From Paragordius varius (lineage: Eukaryota > Animalia > Nematomorpha), in assembly GCA_964247055.1 (NCBI GenBank), contig OZ176050.1, positions 6,820,001 through 6,884,000 on the forward strand: a DNA stretch of 64,000 nt, in the 5' to 3' direction. The notes below the pieces were generated by a model that was not told the origin of the DNA, ran no database searches, and saw only the letters and a program-made list of their open reading frames with translations. A program made the translations under genes and the position numbers. This document shows positions 1-13,454 of this stretch, one piece after another (the stretch's first letter is position 1; each line of letters starts with the position of its first letter).

Positions 1-2600
1 AGCATTATAATCATCGCCACCAACAAGGACCATTACATTTCTGTGATATTCGCCAAAACGGATCCCATAATTTATATGTAATGCCTAACAATTTTAAGAA
101 TTATTCATATTTTTATAATAATTAATTATCTCGCTTTGCCCAAAATATATTATTATCAACCAGCTGTTTTTGTATCCTAACTATTAAAATGACTACTGTA
201 GCTAGATATAGAAAATATGGATGTATGATACACTAAAATATATATTTTTTTATGAATATTTTGGTGTACAAATAATTAAAAATTTTAAATCTGTTTTTAG
301 TTTGGTAGCGGGCAAAAGTTGCAAATTTCGACTTATCAAGACGGTGGTGCAATAAACGCTCCATTGCAAAGTGGATCAATGTGGCTTGATGCTAATAATG
401 TTATACAGGGTCGATTAAATGAGATGCCTAGAGGAGGTTTTGGTCAAACTAATATCAGACCTTTTGGTAATGCTTGTTTTTAAAAAAAACTTAGATATGT
501 AATTAAAAAAGTGTCATTTTAAATCTTTTGGAGATAATTTTTATTTAAGTTTGTTTATTACTTATAATCAAAAAGATTTTAAGCTTCCTGCCCTTTAATG
601 AAGTAAAAAAATTCTTGTTTGTACCGTTCGAGCCTTTAATCATGTTTTTTTAAGTTATAAAGGGTGTATGAAATAAAAATGAATATTTTTGGTAAATTTA
701 AAGCTATAAATCATTTGTTATAGTACTGTCGCGAAATATTTCGAAAGCAGATTATGTTAAAATATACACATCTCCTCCACTGAAATAATTTTATATTATT
801 ATTAAATCCTAGGTCCAATGTTTTCAACCCCATTAACATTGAGCAATAACTACTCAAATGCCACAATCACGCCTAATTCCATCATTGAAACTTCAAATTT
901 TTCGTCCATAAATCCAAGTGTTGATAACGCTACTTTTGTTAATGGCTTGCTTCAAAATGCTCAACAACCTGCCTTTTATCCAAATAATAACAATAATCTT
1001 TATCTCCCGACGTATCAACCAATGTTATCGACTTTACCACAAACCCCCAATTTTAACATTAATGCTTGTAGTTTAAATACTGTATCATTTCCACGTAAAC
1101 AGCATCTAAGTAAAACGATAAGTGATCCGGTTGGTGGGATTAACTCTTCTTTTGAAAATGCTTTGTTCCATTCGCAGCGGCCATCATGGGATATACCATT
1201 AGACTCTCCCTCTTTTGCAAAAGATATTTTATGGCAGCAAGATGCGTCTAAAATGGGCAATGGACAAAATTTACCTGCTATCAATGATAAAAATGGTTCC
1301 AGAATAAGTTCTGCAAAATTTTCTCAAATACCTTTGAATGAACATCAACCACATGATCTGGACGATATAAATATGGCTTTGGACAAAATTGAAATAACGA
1401 ATAATGATATAATGCCCAAAAATGAGATTGTTAAAGAATTTGAAAAGTTTTTAAATTTTGCTAAAAAATTATTTCATTTATTAAATTTTAATTTTTTACT
1501 CATCGATTGACTGATAAAAAATTTACTAAAAAATAAATGACTAGTTTCTTGATATAAATAAAAAACTGAGACGTTAAAAAATATTTTGGATTCGTCCAAC
1601 GGAAGTTTAAACCATCACTATAAACCTAAGACATCGCATGAGACATGTTATCTCAAAGTTTAAATATATGAAAAATGTCAAGCATTAAGACATATTATAA
1701 AATTTGTTTATAATTAAATGTTAAATATGGTATGTGATATTTTTTCAGAATCAAGATATATTTCGACAGAAGCCATTTAGATATCAAAATATTTATTAAG
1801 AATAAGGAATTTTTATTTTAAAAATTATACCCAGTGATATCCAACATATAATTTTCGATATAATAATGGCCTTTTTGTATTATTATAGTTTGAATGCAAG
1901 ATCTCCAATATCATCGTTGCCCAATAACATATTAAATTTTCTTTATTCATATGACGCGCAATGTGATAAATCTATTCTTGGTACTATTTTTATATTATAT
2001 GATAACCCAGGCTTAACCAATAGGTTTAAAGAATAATTATTATGTACAAAAATATTACTATAGATACCAATTCTTCACCTGGGCTCTCTTCTGGCGTAAG
2101 CTCAATGTCACCTGATAATAGCATCACATCTCACCCAAATAACAGTGTAAATAATTGTAAAACCATGTTTAATTCCCCTTTAGTTATACCTATCGATAAA
2201 ATGTTAAAGGCCGATTCAACCGTTGATGAAACTCTTTTAACGAGGATTGGAAAGGGTCAACAACAATGTTTTAACAAACACAGTGATAATTTGTACGAAA
2301 ATCTAGATAACACCGCATTTACTTTTGATAATGATAATAGTTATAATATACCCAAACACATAAGCCAAGAAACGTTGACTAAATATAGCACCAAAGAGCA
2401 TAAAGATATAAATAAATCATTGACATTTCTGTCATCAAACAAAAACGGCGAGACTTCAAACACTTTGATGTAATATTTTTCCAAATATATAATTAATAAA
2501 GATTTGATCAATTATTTTTTACAAATTCCAAAAATACTACTAGGTATTTCTGTTTGTGACCATCCTAAAATTATTTATGCAGAAATCTCTTATTGATTCC

Positions 2601-2642
<42 letters not shown>

Positions 2643-2857
2643 TTTTTACCAATTAGTTGCATGGTTAAAGATATTTTCATTCGATTTTAATCACCCTCTA
2701 ATAATTTATATTTTTTATCAGAGAAGATAAAAGAAAAAACCTATTTTACCATTTGTCATCATTGTTTCCGGAATCGAATGTGAGACTCATTATGGATTTG
2801 TATCCCAATCAAACTGATGTGAAAACACTCTGCACGTTGCTCTGTAATCTGTCCTAG
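1..2857 (+). CDS. ZC3H12: 3' part of a Regnase-1/ZC3H12 (MCPIP)-family gene; exons approx. <1-77, 301-466, 813-1446, 1889-1980, 2064-2469, 2722-2857
   Basis: Phase-compatible GT-AG junctions join ORFs 818-1510 and 2042-2473 to a last exon encoding EDKRKNLFYHLSSLFPESNVRLIMDLYPNQTDVKTLCTLLCNLS*, which resembles the Regnase C-terminal domain (HLxxLFPxxxVxxxMxxYPxxTD). The PIN/NYN and CCCH domains would lie before the window. The donor at 1447 is the least certain junction. Confidence 0.72.
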
Positions 2858-3299
2858 TTCATCACATGCATTTCAATTTTATGTTACAAATCAAATTATC
2901 ATTGAATTATTTTTATCTTATCTACGATTCTGTAAAATTATTATCAGTAAGATATATAATACTTAAACAAATATTTTTATCTTAAATTATGCATTTTTCA
3001 AACCTCATAGTATGTGAGTAATATTTATTACCATTGTTGTTTGAAATTGCGTGGATTTTACGGAGACTACACGGGTTTATATGATGGGTAAGGCTCATTA
3101 AACAAAGACTATTTCCAATTTTATATTTATATATACATTATATATGTGTATTTATATACATCACAAATGTAATCATATAATGTGTGCACATTCACCTCAT
3201 TGTAACAAAATGTCACAATATAAATACTTTTTATCTTCTTTACAAAACAGTAATAAATGTAGTGTGCAAACTATATTTAGATAAAATTCATAAAAAGTG

Positions 3300-5697
3300 T
3301 CAGGGATTGGATAAACTTTTATCCCGAGATTTGTATGGATAGCCACGACTCCTCAGTTCTCTAACAACTCCGTTTGGTAATTTTCCTGACACAGAAACAG
3401 CGTAGCATCCCTTAACCATTTTGTCTAAATAGTGATTTGATATTATATAATAATTAGTAAAATTATTAAGACAAAACGTAAAAATTAAAAGAATTATTTT
3501 TTAAAAAGACCGCCACACTTATGAATATAGTGTGTTACCAAATTAAATCTCTAGCCTAACGATAAGTTATAATAATTGAAGGTGATATATAATTGTCTTT
3601 AAAAATATTTGTCTTTTAATTTTCACCTTTTTTTCTTTTTAATTGCAATTTTTACGTATATAGTAATCCAATAGGAATGTTTAATTTCCAAATGATGATT
3701 TCAAAATATAATAAAGCGGATACAACAAAAAAAGTTGTTTGCTAAAAATTTAGATGAAATGACATTTTGGTCGCTATTATTTAAATAAGTATGCAGGCAC
3801 GGCTCAACTATGTTCGTTATTATAAATTTGAGAGGAAAAAATTATTTTCGGGGTTATTTTATAATAATTTTATAATCTTTACAACAAAAAATAAGAAGTT
3901 AAAGTATAAAACTATATATAACCTAAAATGATCATCTTAATTTGGTGTAACAAGAAGCATTTGATTAAGCCCAATATGAGAATAATGTAAAAAATTTAAA
4001 ATAAAGTTATTGTTTTCGGGTTATTAAACCAAGATATTGAGAAAGAATTACCTAATTTAGAGTATAAATATTTAAAATAATAAAAGTTTATCCAATGAAC
4101 AGATAGAGTTTTATAATTGTTTTTTTGAGTTAGTTAAACCATGTATGTTCAGCATAAATGCTGTAAATAATACTTTTACTTAATATTACACTTTTTTGAA
4201 AAAATGAGTGCTTAATTTAAGGTATATTTCTTTCAAAAATAAAATTCGCAAACAATAAAATGGTCACACATGCATATTTAAAATATATTTACCTAAACGT
4301 TGCCATTTCGCAACCCAGCTATCTTCAGGAGACGTCAACGCCATTAGTCTAAAAAATATATAAAAGGGGAAAATGTAATTTTATATACTATAACTAATTA
4401 TATTATTTTAAAAATTCAAGCGACTTTAAGGTTCAAAATATATAATAAATAATAAGTAATAATATTTATCCTTCTTTAGAATAGATAAATGAAACGCTGC
4501 AATCCAAAAATATTGTGTTTGAAACTATTTGATGGAGTTATGCCGATCAGTAATTAAATGAAATATTACACTATGGATTAAATTTATGGTTATGGGTAAA
4601 TAATAGTTGCTTTTACGTTTTAAGCTAAAATATAATAATATATGTTTAGTGTTACCTTTGACCATTTTTTACCGATATTTGAAATTAACTTTATTTATGT
4701 GTAGTAATCGGTTTATATTTTCAATTTAAATTTAGTATAATTTTCGTTTTATTAAATATTATCTAACGGTTTTATAGTTTACGAAAATAATGCCTTAAAA
4801 CTTTAATAAAGATTAAATAAAAATATAAGTAACAAGCGAAAGTTAAATAAATTTGTTATTTATAAAAATTGAAATACTATCATATTGATTTAACAAATAT
4901 AAATTAAAAACTTAAATATAATCTATATATATAATTTAATCAATAGGTTAACCAATATATCCGGATTCATGATGTCATTGGCGAAAAGGTTATATAACCT
5001 ATTTTTTAAACAAAACCTACTTTCATAAAAATATCAATTTTATCTCGTTACGCGTTCGTAAATGGCGGCTTTAAGCGGTTCGCGCAAAAATATTATTTTT
5101 TCCTATCTAAAACATGTTTTTGCATTGAAAATGTAACATGGAATGAAACCTAAATACTCGCATTATTCTAAAACATGTAATATGGACGCAATTCAGGCAA
5201 ATTATGAACTGCCAAAGGCAATAAACTTGATTAAGAACGAAAATCGGTACCAATTTTAATCCTTGGAGAAAATAAATTATGTCAAAAAATTAAAGAATTG
5301 CCGTAAAGACTGTGTAAACATAAACGTTAATGGCCCCAAGCGCTTTATTTGAATTTTTTAAAAAAAATCTAAAAATTAATTATTGTCTCATAGTTAAATA
5401 GTTAAGAACCTTATTCTTCTCCTATTTATTCGAAAATATATATAAGATATGGTGTATAGGTAGTATAACATACATCAATAAGCATATATTAATAATATTA
5501 CCCATCGAAATTGGCGCTGGTATAATCAAAAACAGCGTCCCTATTATTTTTCATATGCAAAATTGATTCACAGTTATCACATCCATCCATTTCGAATTGA
5601 TCAGTTGTCTTATTAAATTAAATTATACCTTTACAAGTGAGCATAGCAAGCAAGCTCTCAATTGTTTAAAATCTTTGGGTACTGTTTCAAGAGACAT
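3300..5697 (-). CDS. SUPT4H1: Transcription elongation factor SPT4 (DSIF small subunit), 118 aa; exons 5697-5629, 5608-5502, 4348-4293, 3424-3300
   Basis: The spliced product [23 protein letters not shown]|[36 protein letters not shown]|[18 protein letters not shown]|[41 protein letters not shown] has the SPT4 zinc-binding CxxC...CxxC and SWVxKWQR motifs. All junctions are GT-AG and in phase; the CDS is 357 nt. Confidence 0.96.
5609..5628 (-). other. 20-nt spliceosomal intron (SPT4 intron 1), GTATAATTTAATTTAATAAG
   Basis: Removing it joins LCSLVK to TTDQFE in frame; read-through hits TAA immediately. Confidence 0.93.
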
Positions 5698-6019
5698 GCT
5701 TAACTATTTGTGAATGAATATCCATATGTGTAAAATAATTGAAATATAAACCGATTAATATTACTGGATAAAAAATTATAAATGCTATTTTAAGGTATTT
5801 TAACTATATAGTTTTCTTTGTTGAGTAGTTTGGTTTTACATACATAATTTATAAATGTGAAGGTATAAATAATATACATAAAATATATATATATTTTAAT
5901 ACAAAAATGCATCAGGATTCTCATAGTTATATTAAGCCTTACATATAAAAATACTACTTTTGATATTTTTTCCATATATCACAAAATTAGTAGCATTAAA
6001 ACAGAAAAATATTTAGTGA

Positions 6020-6630
6020 AAGCTATATGATCCATTCCACAACGCGTCTAAATATATTAAGGAATAAAATTGCCGCAACTTTACATTAAACATGACATGG
6101 CTTATACGGGCAATTCCAATAATAAATTGAATATAATTATTCGCTAAACAAAACGTTACATTTATGTGTTGAGACTGTTGGATACTTATATGCCACATAA
6201 CACACAAAATATTAGATAGCCATTCCTTTTATAACTCAGGCGGTCAATTGAAACAGATGTGGTTTTTAATATCGAATCATCTCACCATACATACGGTTCT
6301 ATAGAAACTAATTTCCGATCAAATTATATCCTTACGAATTTATACGAAATTCTAGGCTATAACAATGTATCTACCCCACGTTTGACCCGAAAATGAATGT
6401 TAAAATTTTTTAGTGACTACCAAGCTCTCATAAAAAGATTCAAAAACACATAACTCTCGCTGTCAGTGATTTAACGCTATTATAACTAAGGAAATGTAAA
6501 TGCTGATAAAGACCTTGGCAGAGCCAAAAACCCGGTGGTTGACAGACATTGATTTTTTCTAACGAAACAATTACTTTGTAGCAAATTTTTTTCAGGCAAC
6601 CGAATAGACGCCTTTACACCTGGATTACAC
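6020..6630 (+). mobile_element. Possible heavily decayed hAT-type transposase remnant
   Basis: Frame-broken peptides TGNSNNK and LIKTLAEPKTRWLT loosely resemble the hAT TDNASN and DVxTRWNS motifs; there are many stops. Confidence 0.25.
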
Positions 6631-8740
6631 GGTGCCATATTCTGAAAGGAATATGTATCAGGATAATTTTGTCTCTAAGAGTGATACATGAAAGTTATTT
6701 ACATTTTGAGGTCAGTAATTTATATCAGAAAATGGCAAAATTTGCCCACTTTTTCTTAAATAAATTTTTTTTGGTCGCTAAATGCTTAATTCAAAAAAAT
6801 ATCACCAAAATATATCATAAACTATTAAAGCAATTTTTTAAAATTTTTAGATGGGGGCTCAAAAAATTCCAAATTTCGTTCTGAAAAATCGGCTAGCTTT
6901 CTTAAAATTACAACAATGACGAGATTCGCAACAAAGCTTTTTAATAATATATGGTAGAAGCTTGATTATAATATAAAAAATATTTTTGAAAAAAGACATG
7001 CTTTCTTCAAAAATTTAATTTTTAGCAAAATTTCGTTGAAGCGTACATACAAAATTAAAATGAAACGATATAAAAACACTTTTATATAATTCAAAGATGT
7101 TGAGCATTTCTATCATATCGTTTGATTATCTATTCGATTCAAATTGGGATATCTAAATACCCCTAGACTTAATTTAAATTAATATTAAAAAACTACTGGA
7201 GGAAACAGTCCCAATTAATATTAATGCTTCTATGCTAATAAAAATATAAAAAAGCCAAAATATCTAATAAAATTTCGTTATGAAAGTTCCATGTCAAACT
7301 ACTTGGACGCCATTTGTATTTTACAAAAATTTTGCAAAATATCGTATTTATTTGATTCTAACGTAAAAATTAAAGCTAATTTTTTATTTAAATTACATCT
7401 AACATTAATAGAAATAGAAAAAGTGGTTTATTTTGTATTAAAATTCAATTTAGCCAATAGACATATGTTACATTGTTTAAATTTTTACCTTTGAGTTTTA
7501 CATTAAAAAAAGAAATATCAAGTATTTTTGAATAAAATTTTTTTATATATTTCGGTTTATTAATGTTATATCGGTGCAAAATTTTTCCATGGTTTCGATT
7601 TCTTCTATATTTTTTAAAGTTACTAATTTTAAACAAGCCTGGGGTATCCAACTATCCCAATTTGAATTGAAGGACTGAAATGAATGTCTTGTATCCAAGT
7701 GTTAAATATTCGTTCGTCTTAAAATATATGTTAAATATAAATTGTTTTAGCAGGTAAATTCACCGAAATTTGAAAGAAAACGAATCTTTAAATATTCCGA
7801 AATTATGAAATATTCAGCATCCTTGAATTATTTGATCTAAGAGCGTTTATATTATACCGTTTTTACCGTGCTTCTAAGCAAGAATTACGCTTCGACAAAA
7901 CGCTAAAAATAATTTTATTTCGATGCCATAATCAGAGCAAAAATATCTGGATATCTCGGCATTTTTGCCTTTATTATAAGTGAACTAGCCTATTTTTGTA
8001 GGGGGACAAATTTGGGACCAAACTACATCTAAAATTTACAAATTTATAAAAATATTGTTATGCTTATATATATATATATCTTGTGATATATTTTAGTGAT
8101 ATTTTTTGGAATGAAGTATACCATTTCCCAGAGACGTAGTTGCATTTCTGACCTCCGTTGCATGAATCCGTAATGGCGCCCCCCCTCTATGCAACTCCTT
8201 GAATCTTCAAACCGTAGACATGGTCGCTCATAAATGGGTGATTTTTTTATTTATTATTTAAAAGAAAATTAAAAATCCGGCGCTTCTTCAATTATGGCGC
8301 CACGTGCATCAGCCCCCCTTTCCCTTCCCTAGCTATGCCTATGCCATTTCTTAGTCAATCAAAACGTCCAGTTAATCGAAACATCCAGTTAATCGAAATT
8401 TTCGCAGTCACTAAAAGCATTTCCCCAATCAATAAATAACGTTTTCCAAGTCAATAAAAATGGGGATTTTGATGATAAATATTAAAACAAGTTATAAAAA
8501 TAATATGAGGATATTAATAAGATATCTTTTTTTATAAAAATACAATAATTGAATAATTTTTTCTATTATATGCCAATACACATTAATTAATGACTAATTC
8601 TTACAAAGTTATATTTGAACACATGAATGAGTATTTTATGGTTTTCGAGATATTTTTAGAAAAAATATTTTTAAGATTTTTCATATTTTTATTATCGAGG
8701 ATTCGCAAATTATTTCGGGCTAACCTATAAAAATCTATAG

Positions 8741-9700
8741 CAGGGGTGGCCAAACGGTCGACCGCGACGTGATCGTCTAAAAATTAAAAAAATGCAAAAA
8801 TTTATTAAGATAATTTATTTTTCTAATATATTTGCATTTTTTTTAGAAAATAGTTTAAATTTAGGAAAAAAAGCACGTATTCTTTAAAAATATTTTAATA
8901 TGATTAAAAATTCAAGCCAGAAAAATATATCGTTATAAAATGAATGGTAAATTTTTTTTATAATTAAATTATAAATGTACTTGCTTGATAACTCCACCAA
9001 GGCTTTGCCTAAAAAAGCAAATGTCCAACGATATTTTACTGCGCTTCACATAAAGTATCAAAAATGCAAATCAGATATAGCAAATTAACAATCAAGCTAA
9101 TGAAAGAGCAAATTGCTTAGAAACACTACAAAATCAAAAAAAATCCATAATCCCAAGTTACAACATATCAGAAATCCTAATAAAAAAACAACAAATCTTT
9201 TTGAGACTGAGAAATTTAGAAAGAAGCTTTATTAAACCTTTTAAAGTGTTTAAAAATTATGAAGACTAAAGGGATATTATGGAATCAATAAGCTTAGAAA
9301 CACAATTATGCGGAGAGGTAATGATCTTAATTAGAATCTTACCGAAATTTTACATGTTTTTTTAGAGCAAAATTTCAGAAGTCAAATCAGAAAAATGCTT
9401 CAAATCACTGCTTTTTAATTTATTAGCAATGTACATTTTTTCCGAGATATCGCATCAAAAACCAAAATCAAGAAGCGAAAGATCTCAGTTGTGGTTATCA
9501 ATAATTTTTCTTCTGTAAAATAGATAAATTCGCAGTAAAATTGTCTTAATATAATGCAATACGACATGACCCTTTTATTTGTATTAATTTCACTATGTCA
9601 ACACTGAATCCTTTTACTAAGCTCAAAATTGCGGCGCGACACTATTTTCGATTTGATGTTTACTAACTTAAAGCATATGTCCATTATTTAAAACCTGGTA
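8741..9700 (+). mobile_element. Degenerate hAT (Charlie/SPIN-like) transposon 5' part, cut by a Helitron at 9715
   Basis: Starts with the TIR-like CAGGGGTGGCCAAAC. The downstream broken peptide KKANVQRYFTALH resembles the KxYNxxRHYxTxH motif of this clade. Confidence 0.45.
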
Positions 9701-9714
9701 TGCATAATCCATAA

Positions 9715-11311
9715 TCTATATATTTATAAAAATGGAAAATGCTGGCTTTGGGACCGTTTCCGGAAAACCGGTACACCCAAATCCAAATATCGGAAAAATA
9801 TAATCATTAAATGCCCCGACAATAGCTTCGCCCTTTTTTGAATTAAGCCCACAGTTCGGGAACACCCCTTGTGAAAAACGGGTTTATTTTGAAATTTGAG
9901 ACAATTTTCCGAAAAACGTTGGACCATTCGATTTCAAATATGATTTACTTTTCGATTGTGCCAAACATAGTCGGCTCGCTTTCTTAATTTAGGCCCTCTT
10001 TTTACCCGCTCCCCCCGTAAAATGCCATTTTTTTCAAAGGAGAAGATTTTAACATAAATAATATAGAATTATAAAAAATACCTATTTTTAATTATGTTAA
10101 AATTTTCTCCGTCCACAAAAATAATTTTTTAAATCTATTTTTCGCCCAAGGTATGAGACTCAATTCAATGAGGAATCCAGGTATTCCCTTTAAATTGTAA
10201 AAATTTTAGTCGTTCGTTCTTTTATATTGGCTGCTGGGTTGGGAGATAACCGCTAAAAACTGTCCCGTCATATCGAAATAGCGTGCCTTTGGGGCCGAAT
10301 TTCAGAAAGCATATCAGGCCATATGAGTTCAATAGGTGCTTAAAATATTACCCGTAACAAGGCAAAAATTTAGGTCGCACAGTTTTTAAAATTAGCCGTT
10401 AATTAGGCCTTTTACGCCCTGAAAAATGCGCCGCCATAGAATGATGAGTTTTGAGGCAATTTTTCCAAAAACTAATGAGATATAAAGTCAATCATGATTT
10501 CAGGTATTCTCCGTAAAAAGGCAAAAATTTAAATCAAGCGCTTTTTTATCAGCCTCTGGGTAGGGCGCTACCCGCCTAAAACTGCGCCACCATATAGAAA
10601 TTGCGTTGTTTTGGAGCTAATTTACACAAATATGAAGCCATATAAGATTAAAAGCTTGATATATTACCCGTAACTAAATAAAAATTAAGGTCAGGCCTTT
10701 TTTTTATTAGCCGTTAATTTGGAGCCTTTATGCCCTAATACGTCATCATATAACGATGATTTAGTGTTGTGGCATTTTTTCGATAACCCATGAGACGACG
10801 GTCTCAAAGTGATTCCAAGTATTTGCCCTATAAAAGCAAAGAATTTAACTCAGTGCTTTTTTTATATGCGATTATGGGTAGGGGTCTACCGGTGTAAAAC
10901 TGAGAGGCCATATGTTTGGTTAGAGCTTCAAAAAACTTAAAAAACCAGAGGAGTTCAGTAAAACATTTCTAAGGAATTTGTATGATATCATTCTTTTTTT
11001 AAAAAGAGACCACAAGTTATTCACCTTTTATATCCCTTGATCCCAGCTGTGTAAACACAATTTCAAAATAAAACTTTTAACCATGATTTCGTAAAACGAA
11101 AATCTAAAAATAATTCCAATGATAGTTAAATATTAACTTTAATAACGGACAGTTTGAATATGAGCCTATGCAAAAACCTGTAAAAGAATAATTAAAGATT
11201 TTTATAAAATATGTTTTTTATTTTTTTTTATTTTATTACTTCTATATATTGTTTATTATAAATAATTATCGGTCAGACTACGTCACAGCGAAGCGTGACA
11301 GGGCCAGCTAG
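9715..11311 (+). mobile_element. Non-autonomous Helitron, about 1.6 kb, both ends intact
   Basis: 5' A|TCTATATATTTATAAAAATGG; 3' hairpin GTCACAGCGAAGCGTGAC followed by CTAG|T; internal degenerate subrepeats; no Rep/helicase ORF. Confidence 0.85.
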
Positions 11312-12296
11312 TATTAATAAAAAAATATATGACTAGAGTATAAATACATTATATAAATTATGGTCAAGTTTCAAATGAGAACCATTTTGAATCGACCAAC
11401 TTAGATATATATATTTTTTAAAATTTTATAATTTCATCCGAAACTATGGGTATTGATAGGTTAGCCTTAAATATTAATGCGAACCATCGATAAAATAAAA
11501 AAATATGAAAATTCTTAAAAATATTTTTGATATAAATATCTATCATCCAGTTAAAAAATTCAAATTTCAAAGAATAAGCCATTAATGATTTGTTTGTTGG
11601 CATATAGAATTGGCATTAAATAATTTTGTTATTATAAAAAATAATATCTTATTTGATATGCTCATAGTGGTAAAAAGTATTTCTATATCTTGTTTTGATA
11701 TTTATCATAAAAGGTTAAACCGTTTTTATTGAGTGGGAAAATGTTTTTATTGATTGAGAAAAATGTTTCTATCAGTGGAAAAAATTGACTGGAAAAACGT
11801 TTTTCGTGTGATAAATATTATATTTGGCTTTAAACAAAAAAAATTTTTTAACAATGTGCCCAAATTTGCCATTTTTTGATATGGCGTTACCACAAAAGTG
11901 TTAATCACTTTTTAAAATCACTCGGAGGCCAAAAACAAAGGCATCATGATAATCATTATACTTTTTCGAATCAGAATATATATTTTTCATCAGGGTTTTA
12001 TGGATGCAGTGTATATATAATATATTAATATTTAATATTATATCAAATAATCGGTTTAATGACTTTTATTTAGGGCCGTTGTTATTTCATTTAGGTTGGT
12101 TTTTTACCAAATTTGATTTCTATAATATATTGTTTAAAGATCTATGGCTAAAAAATCCAAGAAAGCTTTTGAAACTAATTTAAAAAATATATTTCAGATT
12201 ATCAATGAATTTATTATTAATTATATTAATTTAATTCATGGCATTATAATTCAACAATCAATAGATTGCGATTTATTCTATTTAATGTAATAGCTA

Positions 12297-13454
12297 ATGT
12301 CTACCTCTGAAAAATGGTATGGTACCGAGGCTGGGAAAAGAACATTATCAAATTTTCTCCAATATGTTTGGGCCAAAGAATGTAAACCAGGTTCGGATAT
12401 TATAATTCATTTACCCAACGGAGGAAAATTTGAAGCACATCGTTTAATTTTAGCATGCAGCTCAAAATATTTTGAAAATCTATTGGCAATGGACGCAACA
12501 ATAAAAGATCATGATTTACATCCACAAACCGATCTTCCCGAATCCTATTGGGAGGATTCAGTCAGTCACAAGAAGGAACTTATATTAGGTCCACACACCC
12601 TGTTAAATATTGATTTATTTAAACACATTCTTAAATTCATGTATACTATGGAGATCGAAGTAACGCCTGAAACAGCTGACCGGTTTTGGGCCATAGGAGA
12701 AGTTCTCGGAATGCCACATCTTCAAAAGGTTTGTGTCGAAAAAGATAGTAAGTGCATGGAAAGAGGCCAAAAACTATTGGATACAGCCATCCCGGAAGAG
12801 CATAAGCATTGGGAGGCCCCCAAAAAAGTTTCCGATGCAGTAGGTGTCGAGCCCACTTCTTCGGTAACAAGTACAGCATCTACTGATACAGTGAAAGCTG
12901 TGCCTGAACCATCGCCTCCAAAAGAGGCCGCACTACCTGTTAAACCCCCTAGCCCAGTCAAACAACCAGAAATGGCACCACAAGCCAAACCTCCCAGTCC
13001 GACAAAACCGAGTGTCGAAGCACCTACGCCTGTTGCTCCAGCAGATGCTATTAAACCACCTAGTCCAGTTAAGCAGTCACTTTCTCCCGTGCCACCTGCT
13101 ACGGATAAGCCAATTACCCCAGAGCCACCCAAATCACCTGCTAAACTAAGCCCAGCCGAAGGGTCATCCACTGAAACAGCTACAACACCAGAACCTAGTG
13201 CAGCATCATCAGCAGAGGATACGACATCAGCAAGTGCAGATGAAAAGGACGATAAGAAAGATGACAAAAAAGGCAAAAAAGATGCCAAGGGGTCTGGCAA
13301 GTCGGAAGGCAAGGCCGGTGCCAAAAAAGGTGGTGAAAAAAAGAGTGAAGCAAAAAAATCGGACGGAAAAGAGAAAAAGGATAGTAGTAAAGCAAAGGCT
13401 AAAAAGGAAGATGGGAAAAAAGACTCAGCCAAAGGGGCCAAAAAGAAAAAATGA
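12297..13454 (+). CDS. Intronless BTB/POZ-domain protein with a Pro/Ser-rich middle and a Lys/Asp-rich C-terminal tail (385 aa)
   Basis: SDIIIHLPNGGKFEAHRLILACSSKYF and FKHILKFMYT...LGMPHL are BTB motifs. KPPSPxK repeats and a KKDDKKGKKD-type tail follow. Confidence 0.9.
   Translation: MSTSEKWYGTEAGKRTLSNFLQYVWAKECKPGSDIIIHLPNGGKFEAHRLILACSSKYFENLLAMDATIKDHDLHPQTDLPESYWEDSVSHKKELILGPHTLLNIDLFKHILKFMYTMEIEVTPETADRFWAIGEVLGMPHLQKVCVEKDSKCMERGQKLLDTAIPEEHKHWEAPKKVSDAVGVEPTSSVTSTASTDTVKAVPEPSPPKEAALPVKPPSPVKQPEMAPQAKPPSPTKPSVEAPTPVAPADAIKPPSPVKQSLSPVPPATDKPITPEPPKSPAKLSPAEGSSTETATTPEPSAASSAEDTTSASADEKDDKKDDKKGKKDAKGSGKSEGKAGAKKGGEKKSEAKKSDGKEKKDSSKAKAKKEDGKKDSAKGAKKKK

Noticed and set aside
1981-2010. 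30-nt GT-AG micro-intron candidate in Regnase
   Set aside because: It leads to a TAA within nine codons; the acceptor at 2063 (83-nt intron) keeps the frame.
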